A DNA stretch of 64,000 nucleotides from Thermoprotei archaeon (GCA_003649205.1 QMRC01000007.1:1-64000), one strand, 5' to 3'; shown: positions 17,363 through 27,958, counted from the stretch's first letter. Numbers and translations are program-made. Notes: a model not told the origin generated them from the letters alone.

Positions 17363-18604
17363 CTAAGGTCCGAAGTGACCAATAGATGTCTGGACTATGA
17401 CGTACTTGAGGCCTACGTCATTTAGTAGCTTCTTTATTTCTAACATCTCACTTGGTGGTGGTCTCACAAGGTCTCTTCTCCTAAAAGCGGGGAAGTAGTC
17501 GAGAACGCATACCTGTACCTCAGGATCCCAGGAAGCTAATTTCTCACCCATCTTTACAATTTCCTCCCTACTTATCAGTGCTGAATTGTAGACAAATCCA
17601 ACACCTAGGTAAACCCTATCCCTGTAGTGATCGATAATGTACTTCACAGCATTCCAAGCTGTCTGTAGGTACTTCTCAGCAAGTTCTCGATCTGCAATTC
17701 CTGTAATCCTCATGTAGGTATCAACGTAGAGCGCCTTTGGTTCTACTCCAATGTTGTTACAGCCAGCTTCTACCAATTCATCGATGTAGTCAGGTGTCAA
17801 GACTGTTCCATTACTGTCCAGGTGCAATCTCGCCTTCTTGTCTGGATTCAGTCTACGGAGTTCTCTAAAGTACTCAACTAACCACTTCCTATTTATCGTC
17901 GGTTCACCACCACTAATAGCGAGACCATTGACACCATACTTCCTCCTGTAGTAGGTCACTAATCTAGCTGCTTCCTTAGGGGTCATCGGTGTTGAGGTAT
18001 TGTCATACGTAACGAAGTAATTCTGACACTGTGGACACCTGAGATTACATCCACCAACCCAGATCGCTACCTCGATATACCTACCCTTCCTCTTCTCCCA
18101 CCAAGGAGTACCTTTACCACCTACGGGATGAGGTTGTGGACCGTGAACAACTCTAAGAGGTTCTTTACCCTTGACATCAGTACTCACCTTCATACCTTCT
18201 CTAACAGGTGTTATACAGCTTCTCTCAAGTTCACCATTTATAACTACAGCACAGGCCCAACAGCTACCAGTTCTACACGGTGCATTAACTACCTTCTCAC
18301 CTCTTTCAGGAAATACTGTAACTCGGTAGCCTAATAGCTCAAGTGCTCTCAACACGGTTATCCCTTCAGGAACTTGAACTTCAACACCATCAACCTCAAT
18401 TCGTATCAACTTTCTCTCCTCTTCAACCTCTTCAATAACCTTAGCCTCGTATGGACAAGCCCAGTAACACGAGAGACACCCAGTACAGTAACCAACACCA
18501 GCGCTATAGCATATGTTGACTGATGTACAGAAACCACATCGATGACATCTATCTGGTAACGTACGTACTCTAAGGAACCTCATGATCATGTACTCATTAA
18601 TCAC
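17363..18604 (-). CDS. Radical SAM protein (PflA-like) fused to 4Fe-4S dicluster and 2Fe-2S-type domains
   Basis: CHRCGFC...CTGCLSCYWACP, CRTGSCWAC...SC, CNLRCPQC, SGGEPT; start probably a few codons downstream. Confidence 0.88.
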   Translation of the reverse strand: MINEYMIMRFLRVRTLPDRCHRCGFCTSVNICYSAGVGYCTGCLSCYWACPYEAKVIEEVEEERKLIRIEVDGVEVQVPEGITVLRALELLGYRVTVFPERGEKVVNAPCRTGSCWACAVVINGELERSCITPVREGMKVSTDVKGKEPLRVVHGPQPHPVGGKGTPWWEKRKGRYIEVAIWVGGCNLRCPQCQNYFVTYDNTSTPMTPKEAARLVTYYRRKYGVNGLAISGGEPTINRKWLVEYFRELRRLNPDKKARLHLDSNGTVLTPDYIDELVEAGCNNIGVEPKALYVDTYMRITGIADRELAEKYLQTAWNAVKYIIDHYRDRVYLGVGFVYNSALISREEIVKMGEKLASWDPEVQVCVLDYFPAFRRRDLVRPPPSEMLEIKKLLNDVGLKYVIVQTSIGHFGP

Positions 18605-18837
18605 GTAGAGGAAATTAGGTTTACTGGTCTCTAGATGATAGGGTCATCGAAGTCCCCCACCTCAATGCTAATTTATGAGAGGTTAGAAATTGTGAGGTGA
18701 TCAGACATGAGTATCTAACTACGCACTCTCCTACTACACACATAGCTCTACACAGCATTACATGGAGGGCTAACTTAGCTACCCTAGGATAATGTTTACA
18801 AACTTTTTACACCATACCGATGTTCGGTGGAATCTAG

Positions 18838-19446
18838 GTGAACATACCGTACCTAATCGAGTACCTAGGGTTGAACTTAATAGCTCCAAGACAAGGTATC
18901 AGGATTGTTATTGCTGAGCGACGTAGCTTAATATTTGGTTTCGTAACTGTGTTAATTGCAGCAATTATTGAGAGCTGTGTTGGTTCTACGGTATTTGTGT
19001 TGAAGCTTCTTCGTCATGTACCTATGGTCTATGCTTTTGCTGGTCCTTTAGTACCTACACTTGCTGTTCTTGTTGGTATTTTTGCTGTGTTCCTTATCTG
19101 GATCATTACTGGTGGTCTTGTGTACCTCTTCGCTAGGTTACTTGGTGGTAAAGGTGATTTTGAGGCTACTTTAGCTGCTGGATCTCTCCTGTGGCTACCT
19201 GTATTTCTCCTTGGTCTCTCTGGTCCTATTGCTGCTTTTGTCAACTACTTAGCTGCTATTGGTCTGTTCCTTACCTTGAGGTGCATCGCGTTTGTCTGGG
19301 GTATTGTTATCTGCTGTATTGCTCTATCTGAGGTTCATAGGTTTAGTGTTGGTAGAGCTCTTCTCTCAATGCTTCTTCCTGTAATCGTTTTCATGTCATT
19401 CCTACTTGGTCTTACGGTTATTCCGTTTATGGGGGTGTGGTGGTAG
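18838..19446 (+). CDS. Yip1-family membrane protein
   Basis: Five hydrophobic segments, ARLLGGKGDF, LSEVHRFSVGRA. Confidence 0.85.
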   Translation: MNIPYLIEYLGLNLIAPRQGIRIVIAERRSLIFGFVTVLIAAIIESCVGSTVFVLKLLRHVPMVYAFAGPLVPTLAVLVGIFAVFLIWIITGGLVYLFARLLGGKGDFEATLAAGSLLWLPVFLLGLSGPIAAFVNYLAAIGLFLTLRCIAFVWGIVICCIALSEVHRFSVGRALLSMLLPVIVFMSFLLGLTVIPFMGVWW

Positions 19447-20300
19447 TGAGGTATCTTTCGGAAGTTCTCGGTTTGCTAGTTATTATTGGTCTCGTACTGA
19501 GTATTGTAACACCTGTCTTAGTTTCTCTACAGGTACCAGCTAGACCTTGTTTCTCGATTCGTGGTTTGCTTAGGGAGTTTGGATTGGAGAATTTGATGTT
19601 GTTCAAGTACTTTGGTAGGAAGTTAATTGAGTCTGGTACTTTAGAGATTTTGAATGATACCTATGTCTTTATAGTTGTCTCTGGTGGTGGTGTTGAGGTT
19701 CGTACTCATGATGGTGATGTTGCTGTATATGGGGTGTATGGTATAGCTTTTCCGTCCTTTAAAGTACATCGTGGGAGCTATAGCGTTAGATACGATGTTG
19801 AGAATAGAGTTCTCGATGTTAGGGTTGAGGGGTGTTCTATCGAGCTTTCTCTACCTCGACATCTAGTGACAAATGTTGTTGTGTATCTCTCTGGTGGCGG
19901 TGCGAAGTTAGTTCTCGATTCACCTACTTTGAGGAAGTTCGTAGTTAGGGTTTCTGGTGGTGCTCTTGACTTTGAGATTGGTGGTGTGGAAGGTTGCTAT
20001 GCTAAGTTCTTGATTGAGGGTGGTTCTGTTAGGGGTTCTATTGCGTATGCTAAGTACAGTGGTGTATCGGAGCTATTGCTTAGGGTTAGGGGTGGTGCTG
20101 TTGACATCTACGTCTCTATTCCTAGAGATACCAAGCTGTGTTACACCTCTAGTCTAAGTGGTGGTGTCGTGAATGTTGAGCTAAATGGTGTTGACCTCTC
20201 ATCGCCGTACTATGAAATTGGTTATGAATCTGCTACCTCTAAGCTACATATTGATGCTGAGATTGCCGGTGGTATTGTGAATGTAGAGGTAAGTAGGTAG
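19437..20300 (+). CDS. Membrane-anchored beta-solenoid protein (DUF4097/LiaF-like)
   Basis: N-terminal TM segment, repeated (V/L)SGG(A/V/S)h units. Confidence 0.65.
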   Translation: MVVVRYLSEVLGLLVIIGLVLSIVTPVLVSLQVPARPCFSIRGLLREFGLENLMLFKYFGRKLIESGTLEILNDTYVFIVVSGGGVEVRTHDGDVAVYGVYGIAFPSFKVHRGSYSVRYDVENRVLDVRVEGCSIELSLPRHLVTNVVVYLSGGGAKLVLDSPTLRKFVVRVSGGALDFEIGGVEGCYAKFLIEGGSVRGSIAYAKYSGVSELLLRVRGGAVDIYVSIPRDTKLCYTSSLSGGVVNVELNGVDLSSPYYEIGYESATSKLHIDAEIAGGIVNVEVSR

Positions 20301-20308
20301 AGTTAGTC

Positions 20309-20923
20309 ATGGTTGAAGAGCTTCTAATTAGTGAAGAGAGGTTTCTCTTAGCTAGGAGGATCTTGGAGGTACTTACTTGTGATCCTAAGCTACAGATATT
20401 AAAGGTTCTTCTGAGAAGGGTGAGATCTCTGCTAAGGATTTATCTGCTGCTGTTGGTACAAAGTTATCTACCGTACTATCTCACCTATAAATGGGAGGGC
20501 AGGTTGAGGGTTAGGAAGCTCAATCTCGTCATTTCTTGAGCTCTTTCTCCACCTGGAGGGTGTCTTCATGATGAGCTTAGGAAGGAGCTTGCTTGCAGAT
20601 ACGTTGAGATGGAGAGAGCTAGCGTTAGTCTAACACTAGCTATATCGGTTAGAGATGTCGCTAACGTACTTGGTGTAGATCTGAGTACAGCTATTGAGGT
20701 TAAGATCTTATTAACATACATACTGAAAGAGTTATTGAGCATTTGAGTAGGTACGTAGTAGAGGTACTGAAGTCTAAAGGTAAAGCTAGCTTAAGGGATC
20801 TAGCTAAGGAGCTTAACATCCATCACTCACTACTGGATTGTTCTCGTAGCTCAGTCCTTAGTCAGTAAGGGTATAGTGTCTGTTGATGGAGGAGGTTATG
20901 TTAGGTTAATCTCTACCTACTGA
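20309..20923 (+). pseudogene. Degraded multi-HTH (ArsR-like) transcription regulator
   Basis: HTH fragments in different frames: GEISAKDLSAAVGTKLSTVLSHL*, ISVRDVANVLGVDLSTA, KASLRDLAKELNI, VAQSLVSKGIVSVDGGGYVRL; several frameshifts and stops. Confidence 0.75.
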
Positions 20924-21671
20924 ACTTAGCTATGTACTCCTCTATGAACTCCCTATACACCTCATTGAACTTACCTCTATACACCTCTACCTTCTCTAAC
21001 TCTTCACACATTCTCTCACTAACCTTAATCGCAATGTCTATGTCCTTTGAGAATCTCTTCACTATATCGTCAGGTACTGTAGCTTTGTTCCTGAATTCTC
21101 TCACATCACCCATAGATCTGTACGTAACCTCGTATGCATCAACCACGTTCTGTAGACCAGCTAATGCGGTCACGAATCTAGCTGTGAAGACCATGAAACA
21201 GGCTCTACCAAATTTCCTAGGTGGTTCCCTAAGTATGTCTATGGCCTTCTCGTAGACTGTTCTCAGTTTTGGTAGCAAATCAATTACCTTGTTTATACAC
21301 CTGTGAACTAGGTCATGAAGTCCTCGATCAACAATTAGACCTCCTTTCTTCACTAAAGCGGCTAACATCAACGCATTTATTGATCCACGGTATATGTTCC
21401 TGAGAAACCTCTTAATACTCATGAAGACTACTTCACCATACTCATACGGTCTAGCTTTAGGTACCACGATACTCAGATCAACTTCTGGACTAAGCATGAT
21501 GACCCTGTAATCACTTGTTGCTGTAGCATAGCCTCGAACGTAGCTATTCACTGGATATACTACGTACCTCTTAAACCCGAGATCACTAGCGTACTTAGCC
21601 ACAGCACTCACGACATATTCACGAATATCCTCAGGTACTAGTACTTGCGCGAAGTCCATATCAATGCTCAT
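20913..21671 (-). CDS. Pol-beta superfamily nucleotidyltransferase-like protein (degenerate motif)
   Basis: VNSYVRGYATATSDYRV resembles hGS-x3-G-x5-SDhD. Confidence 0.55.
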   Translation of the reverse strand: MSIDMDFAQVLVPEDIREYVVSAVAKYASDLGFKRYVVYPVNSYVRGYATATSDYRVIMLSPEVDLSIVVPKARPYEYGEVVFMSIKRFLRNIYRGSINALMLAALVKKGGLIVDRGLHDLVHRCINKVIDLLPKLRTVYEKAIDILREPPRKFGRACFMVFTARFVTALAGLQNVVDAYEVTYRSMGDVREFRNKATVPDDIVKRFSKDIDIAIKVSERMCEELEKVEVYRGKFNEVYREFIEEYIAKFSR

Positions 21672-21787
21672 AATCTAAGAGCTGAAATTATTACTTTACG
21701 CTATGTCAACTCCCACCTAACCCCTAGTAGTAACTCATAGTACTGGATTGACAGTACAACGTAATAACTACCCCCAATGAGATAACT

Positions 21788-22777
21788 ATGATGCAGTACC
21801 TAAAGGACTTAGGTGAGTACTACGTCGTTGAGCAGATACTTAATTTAATAAAGAGCTCGAGAGCATCCTACTTACCCCCTGGTGATGATGCTGTAGCGCT
21901 GAAGCTAGGTAACTACTTCGTGGTAGTTAATGTAGATACCTTGATTGCTCGTTACTGTATGCTTCCAGGCATGACACTTTACGACCTTGGTTGGAGGGTT
22001 GTAACAGCTTCTGCAAGTGATTTAGCATCGAAATTAGCTCAACCAAAGATCTTCCTCATCTCCATCTCCATGCCGGGTACTACACCCCTAGAGGATGTTC
22101 TTGACTTTACTAGAGGAGCTATTGATGCTTCGAGATACTATGGTGCTGAGTTGTGTGGTGGAGACACAAATGAGTCAAGTGACATAGTGGTCTCAGCAGT
22201 TGGTATAGGATTGACAGACATTGAACCTCTACCTCGTAGTGGTTTGAGACCTGGTGATGTAGTTGCTGTGACCGGAGCCTTTGGGTATACAGGCCTGGTA
22301 TTCAAGGCTTACTACAGTGGTGTAGAGTTAGATCGCTTACCAAGGAAATTCATTGAGAAAACCTACAGACCTAGAGCTAGGGTTGATATTGTACCTGTAC
22401 TGCGAGAGATTAGGAGTTACTTAACTGCTTCATCTGATTCAAGTGATGGTCTAGTACGTACACTGTACAACTTGGCTGAGGCTAGTGGAGTATCCATAGT
22501 TTTAGATAGGTTACCTATTAGTGATGAGGTATCTGAGGTATGTGCTCAGTTTGGTTTCTCTCCAGAGGAAGTTGTTCTGTACGGTGGTGAGGAGTTTGAG
22601 TTGGTTCTCGGTATTAGACCTAGTAGTATTGATGAAGTGATTAGGCGTTTTCACTCCATAGGTACTGAGTTGCTCGTTGTGGGAAGAGCTACTGAGGGTA
22701 GAGGTGTTGTGTATCTGAAGTCAGGTAGTGAGGTCAGGAAGTTACCTCTCTCAGGTTGGGAGTACTTTAGGAAATAG
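21788..22777 (+). CDS. thiL: Thiamine-monophosphate kinase
   Basis: GDDAV, SDLAS, GGDTN, DSSDGL, GGEEFEL, C-terminal GWEYF. Confidence 0.93.
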   Translation: MMQYLKDLGEYYVVEQILNLIKSSRASYLPPGDDAVALKLGNYFVVVNVDTLIARYCMLPGMTLYDLGWRVVTASASDLASKLAQPKIFLISISMPGTTPLEDVLDFTRGAIDASRYYGAELCGGDTNESSDIVVSAVGIGLTDIEPLPRSGLRPGDVVAVTGAFGYTGLVFKAYYSGVELDRLPRKFIEKTYRPRARVDIVPVLREIRSYLTASSDSSDGLVRTLYNLAEASGVSIVLDRLPISDEVSEVCAQFGFSPEEVVLYGGEEFELVLGIRPSSIDEVIRRFHSIGTELLVVGRATEGRGVVYLKSGSEVRKLPLSGWEYFRK

Positions 22778-22780
22778 CTT

Positions 22781-24094
22781 CTAGAGTAGGTACGTATTTG
22801 ACTTCTCAATCTCGTCAAAAGATTCACTGAGTCTAATGAAACCAACATCTATACCTCTAATCGGCTTCTCTCTATGTAATCTAGCTCTAATCCTGAGTAC
22901 GAGATTTCTGTAGTCGATGCCATCGATGATACCTACACCGATGTACCTGTCCTCATCCTCAAGTAATCCAACTAGTAGACCTCTCTCCTGTCCCCGAGTA
23001 AATATGTGAACTTCCTCAACACCAAGTACATGTGCCACAGCACTAGTGTTAACTCTATGTGTCTTATCTAGAACTACGACACCGTACTTACCATCTCTTG
23101 AGATACCAACGTACAGCACCTTACCCCTTAGTACCTTCCTCACTTCAGGTAGCTTACTATTTACAGGAACCGTAGAGAGAAGCTTAGAGCCATACACTAT
23201 GTCTAGCGTAGTTGCTTTCAATGCTATGGTCTTCGCCTTTGAGAAGTACCTTGCATACATGTTCTCCCTGTGCTTCCTCCTATCACTTCTTGTTCGGATT
23301 CTCGCACTTGGTGGCGACGGTAGTCTATACACCTCTGAACATAGCTTCTGAACTTCACTCACTAGCTCCTGTAGCTCACCTACCCTTCTCTCCATTATTA
23401 TCACAGCACTTGGCTTCGTAGCTTCTACGATCTTTACCTTGAAGTTAATTGCGGACCTACCCTCTACCCAACCATCAGTATTCACCACAACTACATCTAG
23501 CCCAAGCTCATCACATTCCTCTAGTAATGCCCTCAATCCTCTTACGTACTTTGGTATCAGTGATGCTGGTGCTACATGACCTATGAAGTAGAGATCATAC
23601 GGTTCATACTCTCTTATACTGAGCTTTGGTTCACGAGGTAGTGCTAGAGCTAAGGTAGTTGGAATAGCTACGTCATTCTGACCAACATCACCGTCAACAA
23701 TAGCCGTGGTCAAGCCCTTACTGAGAGCTAAGTTCGTTAACCAAGCTGTAACAGTTGACTTACCGCTATCCGTAGCACCAATGATCAGGAACCTACCTCT
23801 TGTATACCTCGTGAATAAGGTACTGAGTGCTGAGTACCAGAAATCCACAACCTCACTCTCCGGAGGAACTACAGATACTGAACCTCCAGGTCCTACAATG
23901 AACCGAACCTCACTACTCGTAAGTACCTTGAAGCCATATGACCTAGCATAAGGAATAACAACCGTAGAACTCTCACCAAACTCAATACCTACACCCATTA
24001 ACTTACCTGAGATAACCTTAATCGTTACAGGACCCTCAACCCTAATTACAGTACCCTTGCTGTACCTCTCAGTAACCTCCTTAACAGTACTCAT
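22781..24094 (-). CDS. Polynucleotide 5'-hydroxyl kinase (Clp1/Grc3 family)
   Basis: GATDSGKST, DGDVGQ, NTDGW, Arg-rich lid RSDRRKHRE. Confidence 0.9.
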   Translation of the reverse strand: MSTVKEVTERYSKGTVIRVEGPVTIKVISGKLMGVGIEFGESSTVVIPYARSYGFKVLTSSEVRFIVGPGGSVSVVPPESEVVDFWYSALSTLFTRYTRGRFLIIGATDSGKSTVTAWLTNLALSKGLTTAIVDGDVGQNDVAIPTTLALALPREPKLSIREYEPYDLYFIGHVAPASLIPKYVRGLRALLEECDELGLDVVVVNTDGWVEGRSAINFKVKIVEATKPSAVIIMERRVGELQELVSEVQKLCSEVYRLPSPPSARIRTRSDRRKHRENMYARYFSKAKTIALKATTLDIVYGSKLLSTVPVNSKLPEVRKVLRGKVLYVGISRDGKYGVVVLDKTHRVNTSAVAHVLGVEEVHIFTRGQERGLLVGLLEDEDRYIGVGIIDGIDYRNLVLRIRARLHREKPIRGIDVGFIRLSESFDEIEKSNTYLL

Positions 24095-24103
24095 ACACTA
24101 CCC

Positions 24104-24871
24104 TCAGCACTGTTCTCTCTTGAACCTACGGTACCTACTGAGGTACTCTAGAACCTCCTCATCACTTAAATCATACCAATTCCTATACGCATCAGCAACA
24201 GCAAAACCAAACACATCACTTCTAACATTCACGACGCAAAGTAAATCAACCTCACTACTCAACATCTTGAGTGATGAAGCTGATGCAGTTGGCGTAGCAA
24301 CGATAACCTTACCAGCACCTAACTTCTTGAGAAACCTAGCAGCAACAAGCATAGTGTACCCACTCGCAATACCATCATCTACAACAATCACTGACCTACC
24401 TCTTAAATCAGGATAAGGTCTACCACCTCGAAAAACCTGTTCCCTCCTCCTAATCTCCTTCAAGGTCTTCTCAATACCCTCCCTAACATCTGCCTCAGAG
24501 AAACCAAGGTACTGAACAAGAGCTTCATTGAGTACGTAGGTACCATCGGGAGCTACTGCACCATAACCAGCTTCCGGATTCCAGGGTATGAGAATCTTCC
24601 TACAGATAACGAGATCTAGCTCAATACCTAGCTCCGTAGCCACTACATAGGCAACAGGAACACCACCACAAGGTATCGCGAATACTATGGAGTTCTCCGG
24701 TATCTCGACTTCACTTCTAAGTAATCCAGCTAGCTTCCTACCAGCATCCTCCCTATCTTCAAATACATGGTAGAGACCAAGTAGTGACTTATCGTAAACT
24801 AGCTTCCTACCTAACTCCCGTACAGTAGATAGCAATTGCTCAAGCTCCAATCTAACAGGGTACCTAGACAC
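24104..24871 (-). CDS. Type I phosphoribosyltransferase-family protein
   Basis: FEDREDAGRKLA, VIVVDDGIASG PRPP-binding motif. Confidence 0.9.
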   Translation of the reverse strand: MSRYPVRLELEQLLSTVRELGRKLVYDKSLLGLYHVFEDREDAGRKLAGLLRSEVEIPENSIVFAIPCGGVPVAYVVATELGIELDLVICRKILIPWNPEAGYGAVAPDGTYVLNEALVQYLGFSEADVREGIEKTLKEIRRREQVFRGGRPYPDLRGRSVIVVDDGIASGYTMLVAARFLKKLGAGKVIVATPTASASSLKMLSSEVDLLCVVNVRSDVFGFAVADAYRNWYDLSDEEVLEYLSRYRRFKREQC

Positions 24872-24917
24872 AACCTACAACCTCACTATGAGGTAGTGAG
24901 GGAAAGGAGCAACACCT

Positions 24918-26204
24918 TCACTTTCTCAACATTCCCACTAGAGACAGCACTCTAGGTAGTAGCTCCCATCCATGCTCTAGTACACCCAAGCTACCCTTCT
25001 GGCAACACTCCTTCTCTGTAAATCTCGTTACTTGATCTGGTTCTATGCTAGGTGCTCTAACTAGTATTGGTACTGGATCATCTGTATGAGCCTTGACCGT
25101 GTACGGTGTTGCGTGATCTGACGTAACTAGTATTGCTACTTCATCTAGGTTTACATGCCCTATCAGCGGTTTAACATAGTACTGATCAATTAGCTCAATA
25201 GCTCTTGCCTTACGCTCTAGACTACCGTCGTGACCTGGCTCATCTGGTCCCTTAAGATGTACGTAGACTACATCACACCTCTCAAGTAGCTCTAAAGTAG
25301 CTTCAAGTCTCTGAGCGTAGTCACGTACCTTGTCTTCAGTGGGTGGTGGGACCTCAGCAACTTCCATACCCAATAGCTTAGCAATACCCTTCTCAACAGG
25401 CATCTCAGCTACAGCACCGAACTTTAGACCGCCATAGACCTCACTTAGCTTCGGTACTTTAGGAAGTGCAGCACCAGCATCTCTGAGAAGTATGGCATTT
25501 GCCTTTAACTTTCCAAGTCTTTCTCTCCTAACATTGACAGGGTGCTTACTCAGTATTGTGATAGCTAGTCTTGTGAATCTATTAACTAACTCAGCTGTTA
25601 CCCTAGCTTCACGTGAATCGTCAAGTGGTTTACACTCTGCAATTCTTTTCTCATAAGTCTTAGCTGCAACACTTATTTTACCGCATCTCACATATGCTGG
25701 ATCTGTATTTGAAACGTTGTCTGATAATCTATGGGATCTACTACCAATTACAACCACTGCTCTATGACCAACCGTTGCTATAACGCGAGCATAGCCATCG
25801 TACATACCTAGCTCAAGTCCATCAAGTGCCCTCGCTAGCTCTCTAGCCTCATCACTAGCCAAGTCTCTCCCACATCTCCTATCAAGGATTTCAAGTATAT
25901 CCTCTCTAATGGTTGCGAAATTAGCTCTAAAGGCAACCTCAAAACCTTCTCGAATCTCGATACCAGCACCTAGAGCCTCAATCGGTCCCCTGCCTGTGTA
26001 GTACTTCTCCGGATCGTAACCAAGTATGGAGAATACTGCAGTATCGCTCTCCGGTGCAATCCCTCTACCTATCGTGTACATACAGCCACAGACACCTTCC
26101 TTAGCTAGTCTATCCAAGTTCTCTTTCTTAGCTACTTCAAGTGCTGTTGGCGAATCCACTACTCTATCTGGGGCTCCATCAATGACCAGGTAAATGAGCT
26201 TCAT
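24918..26204 (-). CDS. apgM: 2,3-bisphosphoglycerate-independent phosphoglycerate mutase (archaeal type)
   Basis: VIDG, PESD, YTGRGPIEA, DEPGHDG, TSDHATP, AHTDDPVP; ATG 26204 with GAGGTG site. Confidence 0.93.
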   Translation of the reverse strand: MKLIYLVIDGAPDRVVDSPTALEVAKKENLDRLAKEGVCGCMYTIGRGIAPESDTAVFSILGYDPEKYYTGRGPIEALGAGIEIREGFEVAFRANFATIREDILEILDRRCGRDLASDEARELARALDGLELGMYDGYARVIATVGHRAVVVIGSRSHRLSDNVSNTDPAYVRCGKISVAAKTYEKRIAECKPLDDSREARVTAELVNRFTRLAITILSKHPVNVRRERLGKLKANAILLRDAGAALPKVPKLSEVYGGLKFGAVAEMPVEKGIAKLLGMEVAEVPPPTEDKVRDYAQRLEATLELLERCDVVYVHLKGPDEPGHDGSLERKARAIELIDQYYVKPLIGHVNLDEVAILVTSDHATPYTVKAHTDDPVPILVRAPSIEPDQVTRFTEKECCQKGSLGVLEHGWELLPRVLSLVGMLRK

Positions 26205-26265
26205 GAACCTCACCTCACGACAAGGTTTCTCCACTTAGGTACTATCGTGGTCTAAGTTATATAGT

Positions 26266-27522
26266 GTGACTCCTGTTACCGCTATGTGGGTAAATATGGG
26301 TAACTCAATCATCCTCAGTAGGTTGCGTAGATCAGTTACTGAGTTAAGTGTTAGGGCGACGTATAGGTATTTGGAGAGAGCTACTGAACTAGCTGCTAGT
26401 GGTGTTGAGGTTATTTCCCTCGGTATTGGTCAACCAGATTTCTCTCCTCCTGGGTACGTAATTGATGCGTTGAAGGAAGCCTGTGATAAGGGGATGTTTA
26501 GGTATGTTTCTTCACAAGGTACTGAGAGCTTTAAGAGAGCTGTTTCAGAGTTCCTGAAGTGTGAGTTAGGTGTTGATGTGAAACCTGACGAGGTTTTAGC
26601 TGTGCCCGGTGCATCTGCTGGTATCTTCATGGGGTTATATGCACTGCTCAATCCCGGTGATGAAGTTATTGTGTTGGATCCAGCATTTCCACAATACTTC
26701 GATGTTGTTAAGGTTCTTGGTGGTAGGGTTGTTCCAGTTAAATTAAGGGAGTTATCTGATGAATTTGTCGTGGATATCGATAATGTTGTTAGTGCTATTA
26801 CGGATAGAACTAAGGTCATCATCTTGAACACGCCACATAACCCCACAGGTATGGTTATTCCTGAGTCTACAATGATGAAGTTACTTGATGTGGCTAGAGA
26901 ACACGGAATTATTGTGCTAAGTGACGAGGTTTATGATCACTTCGTGTACGAGGGTAAACACACTAGCTGCCTACATCATCCTGAATGGAGAGACTTCTGC
27001 ATCTATGTCAATAGTCTCTCAAAGACCTTCGCTATGACCGGTTGGAGAGTAGGTTTTGTCGTAGCTAGAAGAGAAGTAATTCAGAAATTGAGTGCACTTG
27101 CCAACAACATATACAGCTGCTTACCTCCGTTCATCATGTATGCTGCTGAGGTAGCGCTTAGATCTGGTCTAGACTGGTTTAAGGAGGTATTACGGGAGTA
27201 CAGAAGACGTAGGGACTTAGCACTTAGTGAGTTACGTAAGGTCTCAGGTATTAGGTGTGTTAGACCTCGAGGAGCTTTCTACCTGTACCCAAATCTAAGT
27301 GATATCCTCAGTGAGTTGGGGCTATCTATTGGAGATTTCGTTGAGTTGCTGATAGTTAAGAAAGGTGTTGTTACGTTACCAAGTACTGTCTTCTCCATTG
27401 CTGGTGATGTTGAGCATATTCGCATGTCGTTTACTGTACCTGTTGAGAAGTTATTGTCCGGTCTCGCTAGGTTTAAAGATTTCATTGATGAGTTGAGGAG
27501 TATGAGAGGTAGAGTTAAGTAG
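26266..27522 (+). CDS. PLP-dependent aminotransferase class I/II
   Basis: GQPDF, NTPHNPTG, SDEVY, SLSKTFAMTGWRVG; start possibly ATG 26296. Confidence 0.93.
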   Translation: MTPVTAMWVNMGNSIILSRLRRSVTELSVRATYRYLERATELAASGVEVISLGIGQPDFSPPGYVIDALKEACDKGMFRYVSSQGTESFKRAVSEFLKCELGVDVKPDEVLAVPGASAGIFMGLYALLNPGDEVIVLDPAFPQYFDVVKVLGGRVVPVKLRELSDEFVVDIDNVVSAITDRTKVIILNTPHNPTGMVIPESTMMKLLDVAREHGIIVLSDEVYDHFVYEGKHTSCLHHPEWRDFCIYVNSLSKTFAMTGWRVGFVVARREVIQKLSALANNIYSCLPPFIMYAAEVALRSGLDWFKEVLREYRRRRDLALSELRKVSGIRCVRPRGAFYLYPNLSDILSELGLSIGDFVELLIVKKGVVTLPSTVFSIAGDVEHIRMSFTVPVEKLLSGLARFKDFIDELRSMRGRVK

Positions 27523-27544
27523 CTCTATTCACTTAGCCACTACT

Positions 27545-27598
27545 CAGTGATGAGAGGGACGTATTGATGATCTGTGATTGTAGGTGGAGCAGCTGATC
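27545..27598 (+). ncRNA. C/D box sRNA candidate, probable 16S rRNA guide
   Basis: GTGATGA-gagggacgtattg-ATGA-tct-GTGATTG-taggtggagcag-CTGA; guide complementary to the conserved archaeal 16S sequence AAUACGUCCCU (recalled). Confidence 0.78.
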
Positions 27599-27889
27599 AT
27601 GACCAAGGATGAGAAGCTTCTAAATGATATGAAGAGAACCCTGAGGAATATGCTCAAGAACTTTCGCCTATACTTTGACAAGTATGATAGGTTGAACTCA
27701 GAGGGTAGAGCACTACTCTGTAAGGTTGCTAGGATTGCTGCTGAGATACGACCTGAACTACTACCTAGGTTTAGGTATGTACTGAAAAGTGGTTCACTTA
27801 ATGACTTCATCAAGCTTGCGAGAGAGATACTTGGTGAGGAGGAGATTGAATCTTTCACTAACGAGTATGGTGTCACTAGCTATCAGTGA
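27599..27889 (+). CDS. Small helical hypothetical protein
   Basis: ORF with normal codon usage flanked by two C/D sRNA candidates; ATG 27599 preferred. Confidence 0.6.
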   Translation: MTKDEKLLNDMKRTLRNMLKNFRLYFDKYDRLNSEGRALLCKVARIAAEIRPELLPRFRYVLKSGSLNDFIKLAREILGEEEIESFTNEYGVTSYQ

Positions 27890-27934
27890 CCGAGGTTTTC
27901 CTCATCCATCAGGTCGGGACTTCCTCATCACTGG
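27881..27934 (-). ncRNA. C/D box sRNA candidate
   Basis: GTGATGA-ggaagtcccgac-CTGA-TGGATGA-ggaaaacctcggtca-CTGA. Confidence 0.85.
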
Positions 27935-27958
27935 AGAATCAATAGATTCGAGGTTAAC

